The notes below the pieces were generated by a model. That model was not told the DNA's origin. It ran no database searches and saw only the letters and a list, made by a program, of their open reading frames with translations. Position numbers and translations under genes: made by a program. A stretch of 64,000 nt of DNA from Thermoproteota archaeon. Its GTDB lineage: Archaea > Asgardarchaeota > Jordiarchaeia > Jordiarchaeales > Freyrarchaeaceae. Below, one piece after another: positions 21,001 through 31,000 of the stretch. Numbering within the stretch: position 1 is the first letter of the stretch; each line of letters begins with the position of its first letter. The DNA lies in assembly GCA_029258835.1 (NCBI GenBank), contig JAPDJY010000035.1, forward strand, positions 1 through 64,000. The letters run 5' to 3'.

Positions 21001-22200
21001 CTAAGCGGATTGCCTTTTAAAGTGCTTTATCCTCTCTCTCATGAACTCTATGATTTCCCCAGCTTTTAACTTTACCCGTTCATCTCTCTCGTTTAACAGT
21101 ACACCCTCAATGATAGAGGCTGCTTCTTCGGATATTTGAGGGTTATTCACGCTAATCCAACCTATGGACTCTACCGCGCACCTTCTAACCTCCGGATTCT
21201 CGTCTTCAAGGAGGGAGGAAACAGCGTTAATTGCCGTTTTTGCTGCTTCTTCGGGAAGCTCGGGGTTATTGCCGATGAGCCAGCCTATAGCCAGCGTAGC
21301 CGTCGCCCTTACAGACACCTTACGCGATTCAAGCGCCTTTAGCAGTTCGGGTATCATGTGAGGTATTGCTTCGGGGCTCCCTGTCCCTATTAAACCAAGG
21401 GTTACTACTATTTTCCAGTCTGCTTTCCCTTCTAAAGACACATTTTTAAGTACAACCGAGGCAACGGCGCGCGCTAGTTCACTCTTCTCCTTACATACTT
21501 CTATTATGGCTTCCATTGCACTGCCACGTATGTTCTCGTTTTCGTCAATGACAGATATTAACGCTAAGTCCTCCACTGCACCCTCGAGTTTTAAAGCGTT
21601 CCCGTGAGATATTGACGCTAGGGCATCTATAGCGCTTAAACGGACTTCTTCCGCCTCACCGGGTTTAGACAGCTCAAGTAATTGTGGAATGTACTTCTCT
21701 ACCAGCTCGGCATCTATGCTACCAATCCATCCAAGAGCCATAGCTGAAGTGATCCTGTTAATCTCAAAGCTAGATTTAAGCCCAGCCCCGATCTTATCTA
21801 TGAATGGGGCAATCAAACCGGGCTGGCTCCCGCCGATCCACCCAAGGGCTACAACAGCATTCCATGCTAAGTCACTATCTTGTAGGCTGAGGTTTGACAC
21901 CACTTCATGCACGTGCCTTTCGACTATTTCAGGAAATTCAAAACTCACTTTTCCTAGTAATTCAAGAGCGTTTCCCCTAACATAGACGTGAGGATCTTGA
22001 AGTGCCATCCTAAGAACCTGCGGGAACGCCTCCTCGATTATTCGGCGAAATTTTCCCATAATAACACTGATTACGGTAAGCGATGCCACTTTAACTTCTG
22101 GATCCTCGTCGTTCATTAACTCCTTTAAGATTTTTAACGCTCCAAGCTCGTCTCCTTCATGGAGGAGGAGGCCAACTTCTTCAAATAATTTTTCCTTCAA
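21001..22200 (-). CDS. HEAT-repeat protein
   Basis: Repeated LxDxxxxVRxxAxxALGxI motifs. Confidence 0.9.
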   Translation of the reverse strand: MKEKLFEEVGLLLHEGDELGALKILKELMNDEDPEVKVASLTVISVIMGKFRRIIEEAFPQVLRMALQDPHVYVRGNALELLGKVSFEFPEIVERHVHEVVSNLSLQDSDLAWNAVVALGWIGGSQPGLIAPFIDKIGAGLKSSFEINRITSAMALGWIGSIDAELVEKYIPQLLELSKPGEAEEVRLSAIDALASISHGNALKLEGAVEDLALISVIDENENIRGSAMEAIIEVCKEKSELARAVASVVLKNVSLEGKADWKIVVTLGLIGTGSPEAIPHMIPELLKALESRKVSVRATATLAIGWLIGNNPELPEEAAKTAINAVSSLLEDENPEVRRCAVESIGWISVNNPQISEEAASIIEGVLLNERDERVKLKAGEIIEFMRERIKHFKRQSA

Positions 22201-22244
22201 AGACGCACGCTCCTTCTAAGCTTAAATTGATCATGCATTGCATT

Positions 22245-24626
22245 TTACCTCAGCTTTCTAAGCTCACTAACGGATCTCATGTAAGCTTGTGCAATCTCCT
22301 TGGCAACGGCAGGAATTAAGTAGCGGTCCACGTCTCCCTCCATTACATGTTTCATTGAGCTTTTAGGCGAGAGTTTCCCTTTTATCTTAAGCTCAGAAAA
22401 AATGGACTTTACGGTTTTAAGTGCATCGCTAAAGGACGATGGCTTACGCAGCCGCTTCGCATTTTGTGGAAGGGCTTCCTCTATGGTTTTAAGGGAGAGA
22501 AAGTAAAAGTGAGCTAAAGCTTCCAGAGGGCCTTCAACAATAGGGGTTACGTACCCATGCTCTGGGCACACATCATCCCTCAGTTTTCGGGCACAGTAAG
22601 GGCATATTCGGCTTCCAACTTCTTGCCTTATGAAGAGTTTGCTTATGGCCTCTATTTTTTGAGTATCTTTCTGGGTCCATTCGAGTTCAGCCTTCTCTAT
22701 CCCGCTCGGCGCCTTAAGGGCGATTTTTATTTTTCGTTCAAGTAAGCTGGTTGGCTCTAAACGCTCGTATACCCTTCTCTTGGCTTTCTCCTCTTCTTCA
22801 AGCATCCTTGCCCTAGCTTCCTTAACCGTTTTAGCCTGTTCAAGTTGAATGCTGATATATCTTTGAGCCAAATCATATGCAGTAGCGTAGCTTACTGGAG
22901 GTAACGACTTAAAGTTTAATGGGGCACTTACCGTACTCGCAAAAAGAGGGCTCGGTGTTTCTTCAAGGATTCTTACAGATTTTTCCATGGGGATCATTGC
23001 TTGACGCGCCCATATAAAGCTACATATCTTTAACGTATCCAAATCGGGGAAGGCCTCACGTATTTCCATTTGCCTTCGTATTATGAGTTCAACAAGCATC
23101 TCCTCCTTTACACATCTTATGTTAACATCTGGTTCCTCTATGACAACTTTGAAGAAAATCTTAAAGCGTTCACTATCCTTTTTAAGCCGGTTATAGAGTT
23201 CTACCACACGTGACGCGTGCGCTAGACACTCAAAAAACAATGCCTGCATGACCTGTCTAACTAAGTTATCCAATGTTACTTCAAACTCTACAGCAACCTT
23301 TAACATGTTAATGTCCGTAGTGCCTAAGGTATCCAGTATCTTACGCATCGAAGCTTCATTTTCAAGTAACTCCCTAAACTCTTCTGGGGGAGGCGGAGAA
23401 ATATGTTTTTTAACCTCGTTTATTATGAGCTCTTCCAGCTTACTTAACTTAGAGGGAGGAACAGTAAACATCTCTAGGTTAACTGTATGAACAGAGTAGC
23501 CCTGGCCTCTGAGACGGGGAATCACTTTTTCCGTTAAGACGCTTCTCACTCTTTCAAGGCGCTTATATCTTTCTAGCATGAAACTAAGGTCGCTTTTACT
23601 TATCCCCAGCTCCTTAAACTTGCTCAGTACATCCTTTGATGACGTTTCCCCTGAAAGGGCTGCCTGAAGCATACTTAAATCTATTCCTAGACGTTCTATC
23701 CTTTCCTCTCCAGCTAGGAAAGAAAGGATTCTCCTGAGAACTAACACGTTTTTTGACTTATCTTTAATGCTGGATGTAAGCGTTCTTAATGCTTCATTGA
23801 ACAGGTTCTCTAAGCTTGTCTTTTCACGCGTATATTTTTTGAATAAACCTATTAGGAGAAGCTTTAGTCCGCAAGCTTCTATATATGTTCTTAGTTCTGC
23901 TTGATCTTTTGGGAGGCGACTAAAAATACGTGATGATATTTCCTTTGAAAGATATGATAATTGCTTGACATTTAATGGTGACTCATTTAAACCGGCTAGC
24001 TCTCTCAGTCTGTCTTTAACTTTTATAAACGTTGATATTTCGACGCATTCCTCTTCATGAGGGTTCTTAACCTCTTCCTCAAGCTCCAGAGATAGAGGTT
24101 TCAGCCCGTAAGTTTTCTTTAAGAACTCAGATCTGAAGTTATAGGAGATACCTAGTAAATCACCTAAGAAGTCTATTAGATGTGTGGTTGGAAACTTGGA
24201 GGATACCTCTACAATGTAGCGTTTTGGGATATCTTCAACGCTGGGTTTTCCGTCAAGTTTAGCCTTAGCCATAGCTAACTCAAGTTCTGTCTTTTTCTCT
24301 AAGAGAAGAACGTCTTTCTGAAAATTATCGTTTAAAATTATAGATATTTCTTTAAAAAGGTCACGTTTCTCTTTTATGGTGGTATCGTCTTCTCTCTTGA
24401 ACGATGCTCCTGCATCCATGGGGGAAACTGTTCGAATACCAATGTAGCTATAAATTTGCGATACCATGGCGGCTTTTACGAAGTCTTGCAGAAAAGCACT
24501 TTCCCCTACAAGCATTTCAAACCTAGACCAGTTAGATTTCGAAGCAAGAAAATTGCTTAAAAATTCTCTGACAGCAAACCCTGGAGCAACCTCTCTCAGA
24601 ATATCCCTTTGCGTGGACGCCCACAT
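22245..24626 (-). CDS. hypothetical 793-aa helical protein with C-terminal Zn knuckle
   Basis: Long ORF; CPYC-x8-CPEH; ATG overlaps upstream stop (TAATG). Confidence 0.8.
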   Translation of the reverse strand: MWASTQRDILREVAPGFAVREFLSNFLASKSNWSRFEMLVGESAFLQDFVKAAMVSQIYSYIGIRTVSPMDAGASFKREDDTTIKEKRDLFKEISIILNDNFQKDVLLLEKKTELELAMAKAKLDGKPSVEDIPKRYIVEVSSKFPTTHLIDFLGDLLGISYNFRSEFLKKTYGLKPLSLELEEEVKNPHEEECVEISTFIKVKDRLRELAGLNESPLNVKQLSYLSKEISSRIFSRLPKDQAELRTYIEACGLKLLLIGLFKKYTREKTSLENLFNEALRTLTSSIKDKSKNVLVLRRILSFLAGEERIERLGIDLSMLQAALSGETSSKDVLSKFKELGISKSDLSFMLERYKRLERVRSVLTEKVIPRLRGQGYSVHTVNLEMFTVPPSKLSKLEELIINEVKKHISPPPPEEFRELLENEASMRKILDTLGTTDINMLKVAVEFEVTLDNLVRQVMQALFFECLAHASRVVELYNRLKKDSERFKIFFKVVIEEPDVNIRCVKEEMLVELIIRRQMEIREAFPDLDTLKICSFIWARQAMIPMEKSVRILEETPSPLFASTVSAPLNFKSLPPVSYATAYDLAQRYISIQLEQAKTVKEARARMLEEEEKAKRRVYERLEPTSLLERKIKIALKAPSGIEKAELEWTQKDTQKIEAISKLFIRQEVGSRICPYCARKLRDDVCPEHGYVTPIVEGPLEALAHFYFLSLKTIEEALPQNAKRLRKPSSFSDALKTVKSIFSELKIKGKLSPKSSMKHVMEGDVDRYLIPAVAKEIAQAYMRSVSELRKLR

Positions 24627-27286
24627 TATTCCCCCTCCGTTTCGCTCAGCTTTAAGTCAAGTAGATTGTTTCCTATAATCATCCTAACAGTTTTTGGGTC
24701 GGGATATTCATAGAGAACTAGATAATTAAGTTTCGGCTGGCTTTCGCTTTGTAAAAGAAGTCTTGCAGGTCTAAGAAGAATGTAACTAAACGCCTTAAGA
24801 AAAATGCGTTCCATATATGTCTTGAATTCATCGAAAAGCCCTTCAATTGCTATGTGTGGAACCTCAGATACGAGTTTTTCACGTATGAAGGGCTGTAGTT
24901 CCGTCTTCACTATATGCGGAAGGAAAAGGGTTTCCTCAGACGTATGAGAGTAGTTTTCAAGAAACTTTGTAAGGGCTGACTTTATCTCCTCTTTCCATCT
25001 TATTTCATCATTCAACCTTGAAATTTCATCTGAAATTTTCTCTAAGTCCAGATGCAATTGTTTTAAAGCATTTTTAAAGCGTTCCTTCGCCTCGATCGCT
25101 TCACCCAGCGCCCTATCAATCCGCTCAATTTCAGAAATGATTTTTTGCACTTCCAATGTTGTAGTTTGTAGCTCCGCTTCTAAATTGTTTTTCTGCTCTA
25201 ATAGGGGAGGTTTATCCTCTTCACGTGCCGAGGTTAGAGTTTGACGTATTTTCTCAAGAAGGTCTTTCTTTTTCTCTAACCGCTCCCGTAGTTGTTTTAA
25301 CGTTGAAACTTTCACGCTGTAATCGGTTTTAAGACGGATCTCAAAGTTTTCCGTCGAGTCTAATTGTGACTGTACAACATCTATTTGCCGTTCAATACCA
25401 TTTCTTTTTTCCATTAACTCGGATAAGCTGCTTAAAAGTGAATCGATTTCTTGCTGATGGTCTCTAAGCTTAGTCTCTAAGATTTCTTTTGGCTTATCTT
25501 TTGATGATTCTTCATCTCTAACTCTGTTTATGAAGTCAACAAACTCCGCTACGAGGCCGCATATGTCAGGTTTACCCTTAAAGGTTAATACGAAAAGTTC
25601 TAACCAGCTTTTCGCTAAGCGCTCCCATTTAGGGAACTCCTTAACGTCCCGAAGGATGAAGCTAAAGAATTTTTCAGAGAAAACTTGTGGGGAAGTTATG
25701 TCTGGATTATGCTCTAAGAAGGCGCCTAGAACATTATGGCTAAGAAGGTAGTCTGAAAGGCCGGGAACAACCTCTGAGACGTGCTCACGCACTTCCTGAT
25801 AAACGTCTTTAACTATGTTGCGTGTTTCTGGCGTTATTTCGGCTAGTGTCACGTTAAAAGCGATTTCCAGAATCTCTGGAATCGAGAAAAGATCCTCGTC
25901 GCCTTCAAGTTGAGAGATGAGATCATCTTTAAGTCTACTTCTGAAAATGTTGAAATCCCAGTTTAAAGGGATCTCCGGACTTTTATTCTCAAACCAGCTC
26001 TCCAGCTTTTCTTTAACTTTATTAATATATGCTTCAACCACTTTTCTGCGGATAGGGTCAACGATGTTTCTAACAAAATCTTCGAGGAGCCTCCTAGCCA
26101 CGATTGTTTCGATCTGCATGAAAACGAAAGATGAAATGGCCCTTTCAAAGAAACCAAGTCCTTTTTCCGCTTGTTCAAGGAAATATGATACTTCATCTTT
26201 GAGATCCCAACTCCAAATCTCCTCTTCAGGAGCCCGTTCATTAAACAAGAAATTAGCTAGGACATCTTTAAACTTTTTAGCCAGACCTTCAACGTCGATT
26301 CTATCTAAGTGATTTCTTAGTAGGTCTTTCTCGCCGGCTTGAAGGAGGGAGTTAAGCTTCTCTTTTAGCAGGTTGAATGAGGCTTTGGCTTCATCCATGA
26401 GCAAATCACAATCTTCTAGGATGTTTTTAACGTCGATCAAACCTGGAGTAATTCGCTCCCATAATGTTTCAGCTAAACGCAATGCAATATTTTCTCCAAT
26501 CTCGTTTACAGTGTAATCATTGATTAGAGATAATATTTCCCGACCTATAAGGCCAACATCGTTTATGAGAACTTCAAGCGCAGTCTTCGTGAAAATCAGA
26601 CTTTTAAGGTATTCGAAATCCTTGGAGACGTTTTGCTTTTCAAACGAGATCTTTTTAACTGACGCGTTAAAGCCGAGGGGTTTAACGCCATAATTTACTT
26701 CGATGGGGCCTTCAACTATTAGGCCGCTTAGAATTTTTAAATGAGCTAGGAGATCCCTTGCATACTTTTCCCTATACTTTTTCTGCGATGCCTCGCCGTA
26801 AATCCTTCTAGTAAAGCGCTCTACAAATGACTGCATAACAAGCTTCGTATCCTGAGAACTTAATTTTGAGGCAGTGCAAGCTAGTCGGATATCCTTAAGC
26901 CTACTTGAAAGTTCTCCCGCTAACTCCATAACTTTAAATACGTCCACTAAACCCTTCTCGTGCTCTAACAGTACGATGAAGTTTGATGATTCCTCGTCGC
27001 CTCCTGTAACCAAAGCCATCGCTTCAGGAAGATTTCCCTTTTCAGTCCCAACAATATCAAACTCTATGAAACCAAGTGAAACGCCACTTTCCTCTGAAAG
27101 AAGACGGTTGAGCATATGAACTGCTTCCGCAACCTCTGAAGCTAGTTTTTCAGCCCCCTTCCTACTGAGACCTTTAGGGCCAACAGAGAACCCAAACGAG
27201 CTCTCGTCTATTGAATAGCCAAAAACTGAAAAGTCAGCGATCCTTAATGCTTCGATGGTACTCATGGAGCTTCTACGAGACAACAA
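24626..27286 (-). CDS. hypothetical 886-aa protein with long coiled-coil segment
   Basis: Long ORF; heptad-rich segment at roughly aa 590-780; no Walker motifs seen. Confidence 0.8.
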   Translation of the reverse strand: MLSRRSSMSTIEALRIADFSVFGYSIDESSFGFSVGPKGLSRKGAEKLASEVAEAVHMLNRLLSEESGVSLGFIEFDIVGTEKGNLPEAMALVTGGDEESSNFIVLLEHEKGLVDVFKVMELAGELSSRLKDIRLACTASKLSSQDTKLVMQSFVERFTRRIYGEASQKKYREKYARDLLAHLKILSGLIVEGPIEVNYGVKPLGFNASVKKISFEKQNVSKDFEYLKSLIFTKTALEVLINDVGLIGREILSLINDYTVNEIGENIALRLAETLWERITPGLIDVKNILEDCDLLMDEAKASFNLLKEKLNSLLQAGEKDLLRNHLDRIDVEGLAKKFKDVLANFLFNERAPEEEIWSWDLKDEVSYFLEQAEKGLGFFERAISSFVFMQIETIVARRLLEDFVRNIVDPIRRKVVEAYINKVKEKLESWFENKSPEIPLNWDFNIFRSRLKDDLISQLEGDEDLFSIPEILEIAFNVTLAEITPETRNIVKDVYQEVREHVSEVVPGLSDYLLSHNVLGAFLEHNPDITSPQVFSEKFFSFILRDVKEFPKWERLAKSWLELFVLTFKGKPDICGLVAEFVDFINRVRDEESSKDKPKEILETKLRDHQQEIDSLLSSLSELMEKRNGIERQIDVVQSQLDSTENFEIRLKTDYSVKVSTLKQLRERLEKKKDLLEKIRQTLTSAREEDKPPLLEQKNNLEAELQTTTLEVQKIISEIERIDRALGEAIEAKERFKNALKQLHLDLEKISDEISRLNDEIRWKEEIKSALTKFLENYSHTSEETLFLPHIVKTELQPFIREKLVSEVPHIAIEGLFDEFKTYMERIFLKAFSYILLRPARLLLQSESQPKLNYLVLYEYPDPKTVRMIIGNNLLDLKLSETEGE

Positions 27287-27489
27287 TTACCCTCCCAGCA
27301 ACAAATTAAGAAAGGTAATGAAGACCCTTTCATTTCAAACACTAAACCATATCTCGATTTCGATGTTTAAATTAAATAAATTAATTAAAGGTTTAATAAG
27401 ATTTGCCACCAAAATGACTCTTTAAATACCCAGCAGGGGATGATTCCCATTAAAAGGGTAATAAAACGTCATGAGGGAGATAAGGTAAA

Positions 27490-29076
27490 TTGACCCGATT
27501 TCTGATAATTGATGCTACTGGCGCGGGGAAGGGAATTAGGAAGCTTACTAGGGACGTGATAGGAAGCGGTGCACGAGCAGTAGCTGGTGTCTTAGAGAGT
27601 TTTGGATGTGAGACTAGAATAATGGTTCCAGAGGTGTTCTTCAATGCAAAATCAGAAGTGAAACAGTTTGACGTTTTAATGTGTGGCGGAATGAGTATGG
27701 ACCTAGAGGTTATGGGAGAAATTGTGAAGATATGGAGGAAAATCAGAGGAGGAGTATGTATAGCAGGGGGGCCTGCCTCTGCCGAAGCGGAGAAACTGTT
27801 AGAGAGAGGGTATGATTTAGTCATGGTTGGAGAAGCTGAGGACACTATCGCGGAACTACTTAGGGGAGGGTTAGAGGACGGGTGCCTTCCCAGTGAGGAC
27901 GAATTAAGGAAAACTGCGGGGGTGAGCTTTCTCTCTTCAGATGGGGTTGCCGTTAAGTCTGATCCAAGACGCACTGCTAGGCTATGGGAGCCGTCCATTG
28001 AGAGAGTTAAGGACTATCCGTTCTATAGGGTTGCCAGAGTTTATGTTTGGTGCGTGAGGGGATGCTCAAACTTTTACAGGACTAAAATACCGTTACCAGA
28101 CGGAAAAGTGTGTATAGAGTGCAGTAAGTGTAGAAGCGGTAACTTAAAGGAAAGATTAGAATGCCCAGTAGGAATCCCCCCAGGATGCGGGTACTGTTCG
28201 GTTCCTAGCATGTATGGGCCGCCAAGGAGTAGGAGTGTAGAGTCCATTTTAAGAGAAATTGAAGGATTGCTTAGGCAGGGTGTTAGACGAATATACTTGG
28301 GAGCAAGCTGCTTCTTAGAATTTCACAGAGAAAGGAAGGTGAATGGAGGAATTTTAACGGATCCTAGAGAGCCCGAGCCAAACTACGAATACATAGAGAA
28401 ACTCCTCATGGGTTTAAGGGAGATTGTAGGTGATAAAGCATACGTTAGCGTTGAGAATGTAAAGGCTTCCCTTTTCACAAGGGAAGCAGCGAGCCTCATA
28501 TCAGAGTATCTCCCTAAAACCACCATTCACTTTGGGGGGGAAACGGGAAGCGCGAGTCACGCAGCCGCCTTGGGACGCCCTGCCCATCCCCGTGAAGTTC
28601 TATCAGCTGTTAAAAAGGCAGTTACGGCGGGATTACGCCCCTATGTATACTTTATTCATGGCCTTCCAGGCCAGACGATTAAGACTGCCCGCCAGACTGC
28701 TAGAATGATTAGGGAGACATTTAGGCTGGGGGCTGAGAAGATAACTATTTACAAGTTTAAGCCCCTCCCAATGTCTGCATTTGAAAAATTTAGGGAGCCC
28801 CCATCGGCTAGCAGAAGCAAAGCAAGTAGGATAATAGTTAAAGAAGCCATAAGAATTAATAAAACATTGAAGAAAAAAATGATCGGTGAAACGCTTGAGG
28901 TCTTGGTGGCGGAAAAGGGCGAGGGGATATTTAGAGGGAAATTTATTGCTTACCCGTTACGTGACGGCCCCACCGTGATTCTCAATGGAAAAGCACGGTT
29001 AGGGGAAAAAGTTAAAGTACGCATTGTAAATGTGATGAGTGATAAACTCGTAGAGGGAGCGGTAAGCGACTCTTAG
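27490..29076 (+). CDS. B12-binding radical SAM protein with C-terminal TRAM-like domain
   Basis: IAGGP..VMVGEAE cobalamin-binding domain; RGC...CGYC; YFIHGLPGQT. Confidence 0.85.
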   Translation: MTRFLIIDATGAGKGIRKLTRDVIGSGARAVAGVLESFGCETRIMVPEVFFNAKSEVKQFDVLMCGGMSMDLEVMGEIVKIWRKIRGGVCIAGGPASAEAEKLLERGYDLVMVGEAEDTIAELLRGGLEDGCLPSEDELRKTAGVSFLSSDGVAVKSDPRRTARLWEPSIERVKDYPFYRVARVYVWCVRGCSNFYRTKIPLPDGKVCIECSKCRSGNLKERLECPVGIPPGCGYCSVPSMYGPPRSRSVESILREIEGLLRQGVRRIYLGASCFLEFHRERKVNGGILTDPREPEPNYEYIEKLLMGLREIVGDKAYVSVENVKASLFTREAASLISEYLPKTTIHFGGETGSASHAAALGRPAHPREVLSAVKKAVTAGLRPYVYFIHGLPGQTIKTARQTARMIRETFRLGAEKITIYKFKPLPMSAFEKFREPPSASRSKASRIIVKEAIRINKTLKKKMIGETLEVLVAEKGEGIFRGKFIAYPLRDGPTVILNGKARLGEKVKVRIVNVMSDKLVEGAVSDS

Positions 29077-29155
29077 CATTTAAGAGAGAAAGAGTTTTTA
29101 AAGAGAGACGATTAAAGGAGGTTACTTGAAGGAAGGACGGTAGGAAGTGAAAGCG

Positions 29156-29296
29156 ATGCCTTACGTGTGCGGACGTTGCGGAGAAGAACTTAAAAACGAA
29201 GAGTTAATGATGATTCAAGGTATAAGATGCAAATGCGGCTCACGAATAGTATATAAAACGAGGCCGCCAGTAACTAAGAAGGTTATGGCAAGATGA
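29156..29296 (+). CDS. rpo12: DNA-directed RNA polymerase subunit Rpo12 (RpoP)
   Basis: 46 aa MPYVCGRCG..IRCKCGSRIVYKTRPP; below ORF-track cutoff. Confidence 0.9.
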   Translation: MPYVCGRCGEELKNEELMMIQGIRCKCGSRIVYKTRPPVTKKVMAR

Positions 29297-29406
29297 ATTG
29301 GCTTTTGAGGTTTTAGTGGCTCCTTAAAAGTTTAATGGCTAGTTAAGTTTTCTCAATCAATGAAATAATAAAATACCATTAGAAACTTCAAAAATTTCTA
29401 GTGTAG

Positions 29407-30969
29407 GTGGTGTTCTTGGCCCGCGGAAAAGGGAGAGGTGGGACACGTGAAAAAACGCTCTTCGAAAAAGTTTGGACGCTTGCTCTACACAGGGGATTTA
29501 TTGTTCCCACAGCGGAGATCTATGGTGGCATAGCTGGGATCTATGATTTTGGGCCCCTGGGCGCCCTTCTCGTTAATAAGTTAATAGAATTCTGGAGGAA
29601 GTTCTTCATAGTTAGAGAGACAAACTTTCAAATTTACGAAATTAACGGTTCAACCATTCTTCCGTATGAGGTTTTAAAGGCTTCAGGGCATGTTGACTCC
29701 TTCGTGGATCCGATAGTTAGCTGCTTAAAGTGTAAGGCGAGAATGAGAGCGGATCATCTCATCGAGGAAAAACTAGAAATCAGAGTTGAGGGCGCAACTA
29801 CCGATGAACTCACTAGAATCATACGTGAAAACGGGTTACGGTGCCCTCATTGTGGAGGGGAGCTTTCCGAGGTTACACTGTTTAATCTCATGTTTAAAAC
29901 CGAGGTGGGCCCCGTTAAGGGTAAGACCGCGTTCCTTAGACCGGAGACCGCACAAGTCATTTTCGTAGACTTTAAGAAGGTTTTTCAGTCGATGAGAGGT
30001 AAGCTCCCCTTTGGAATAGCTCAAGTTGGGAGATCCTACAGAAACGAGATATCGCCTAGGCAAGGGCTAATACGGTTACGCGAGTTCACCCAGATGGAAA
30101 TAGAGGTTTTCGTGAACCCGAGAGATATTAACAACTGCTCCGGCATAAGTGATGTTGCAGAGTTCAAGTTTAGGATTTTAACACGGGAACAGCAGAAGAA
30201 GGGAGAGAGGAAAGCAATCGAGGTAACGGCCAAGGAGGCGGTTGAAAGGGAAATCGTCCCTAACGCATACATGGCATATTACTTAGCGAAGGAAGCGGAG
30301 TTCTTTGAAAGAATAGGAATACCTAGAGAGAAGTTTTATTTTAGGCACATGCTGCCTGAGGAGACACCATTCTATTCGGGTGGAAACTTCGACCTTGAAG
30401 TGGAGTTAAGTATTGGAGTGAAGGAGGTTGTCGGTAACGCTTACCGAACAGACTATGATCTTAGGAGCCACATGGAGCATAGTGGTGAAGACTTATCAGT
30501 TGACGTCGACGGGGAAAAGGTGATTCCTGAAGTAATTGAACCGTCGTTTGGCGTCGAAAGGATGGTATATTGCATCATGGAATGCTGCTATAGGGAAGAC
30601 GACGGGAGGGGGTGGAGCTGGTTCCAGTTCCCCCCTGAAATAGCCCCTATAACCGCGTTAATACTTCCATTAATGAAAAAGGAGCCTTTGACTTCAATAG
30701 CTAAGAAGCTCTTCAAGAAGATTAGAAAGGAAGGACTATTCGTTGAGTATGATGATAGAGGTTCTATTGGAAAAAGATATGCAAGGGCAGACGAAATAGG
30801 AGTGCCAATCTGTGTAACCGTAGATCATCAGACCATTGAAGATGGAACGGTAACCCTACGAGATAGAGATACAAGGAAGCAGGTTAGAGTCGAAATGGAC
30901 GAGGTGCCGAAAATACTGTCTAATTTGGTATCAGGGCGGACAAAGTTTCAAGATATAAAAGGATCGTGA
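29407..30969 (+). CDS. glyS: glycyl-tRNA synthetase (homodimeric type)
   Basis: YDFGPLG, ASGHVDSFVDP, LRPETAQ, RNEISPRQGLIRLREFTQME, IGKRYARADEIG. Confidence 0.97.
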   Translation: MVFLARGKGRGGTREKTLFEKVWTLALHRGFIVPTAEIYGGIAGIYDFGPLGALLVNKLIEFWRKFFIVRETNFQIYEINGSTILPYEVLKASGHVDSFVDPIVSCLKCKARMRADHLIEEKLEIRVEGATTDELTRIIRENGLRCPHCGGELSEVTLFNLMFKTEVGPVKGKTAFLRPETAQVIFVDFKKVFQSMRGKLPFGIAQVGRSYRNEISPRQGLIRLREFTQMEIEVFVNPRDINNCSGISDVAEFKFRILTREQQKKGERKAIEVTAKEAVEREIVPNAYMAYYLAKEAEFFERIGIPREKFYFRHMLPEETPFYSGGNFDLEVELSIGVKEVVGNAYRTDYDLRSHMEHSGEDLSVDVDGEKVIPEVIEPSFGVERMVYCIMECCYREDDGRGWSWFQFPPEIAPITALILPLMKKEPLTSIAKKLFKKIRKEGLFVEYDDRGSIGKRYARADEIGVPICVTVDHQTIEDGTVTLRDRDTRKQVRVEMDEVPKILSNLVSGRTKFQDIKGS

Positions 30970-31000
30970 AAAGAAGATGCATGAAGCGTTAAATTTAAGA

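Noticed and set aside
24626-27286. SMC/Rad50 ATPase
   Set aside because: No Walker A/B or signature motif
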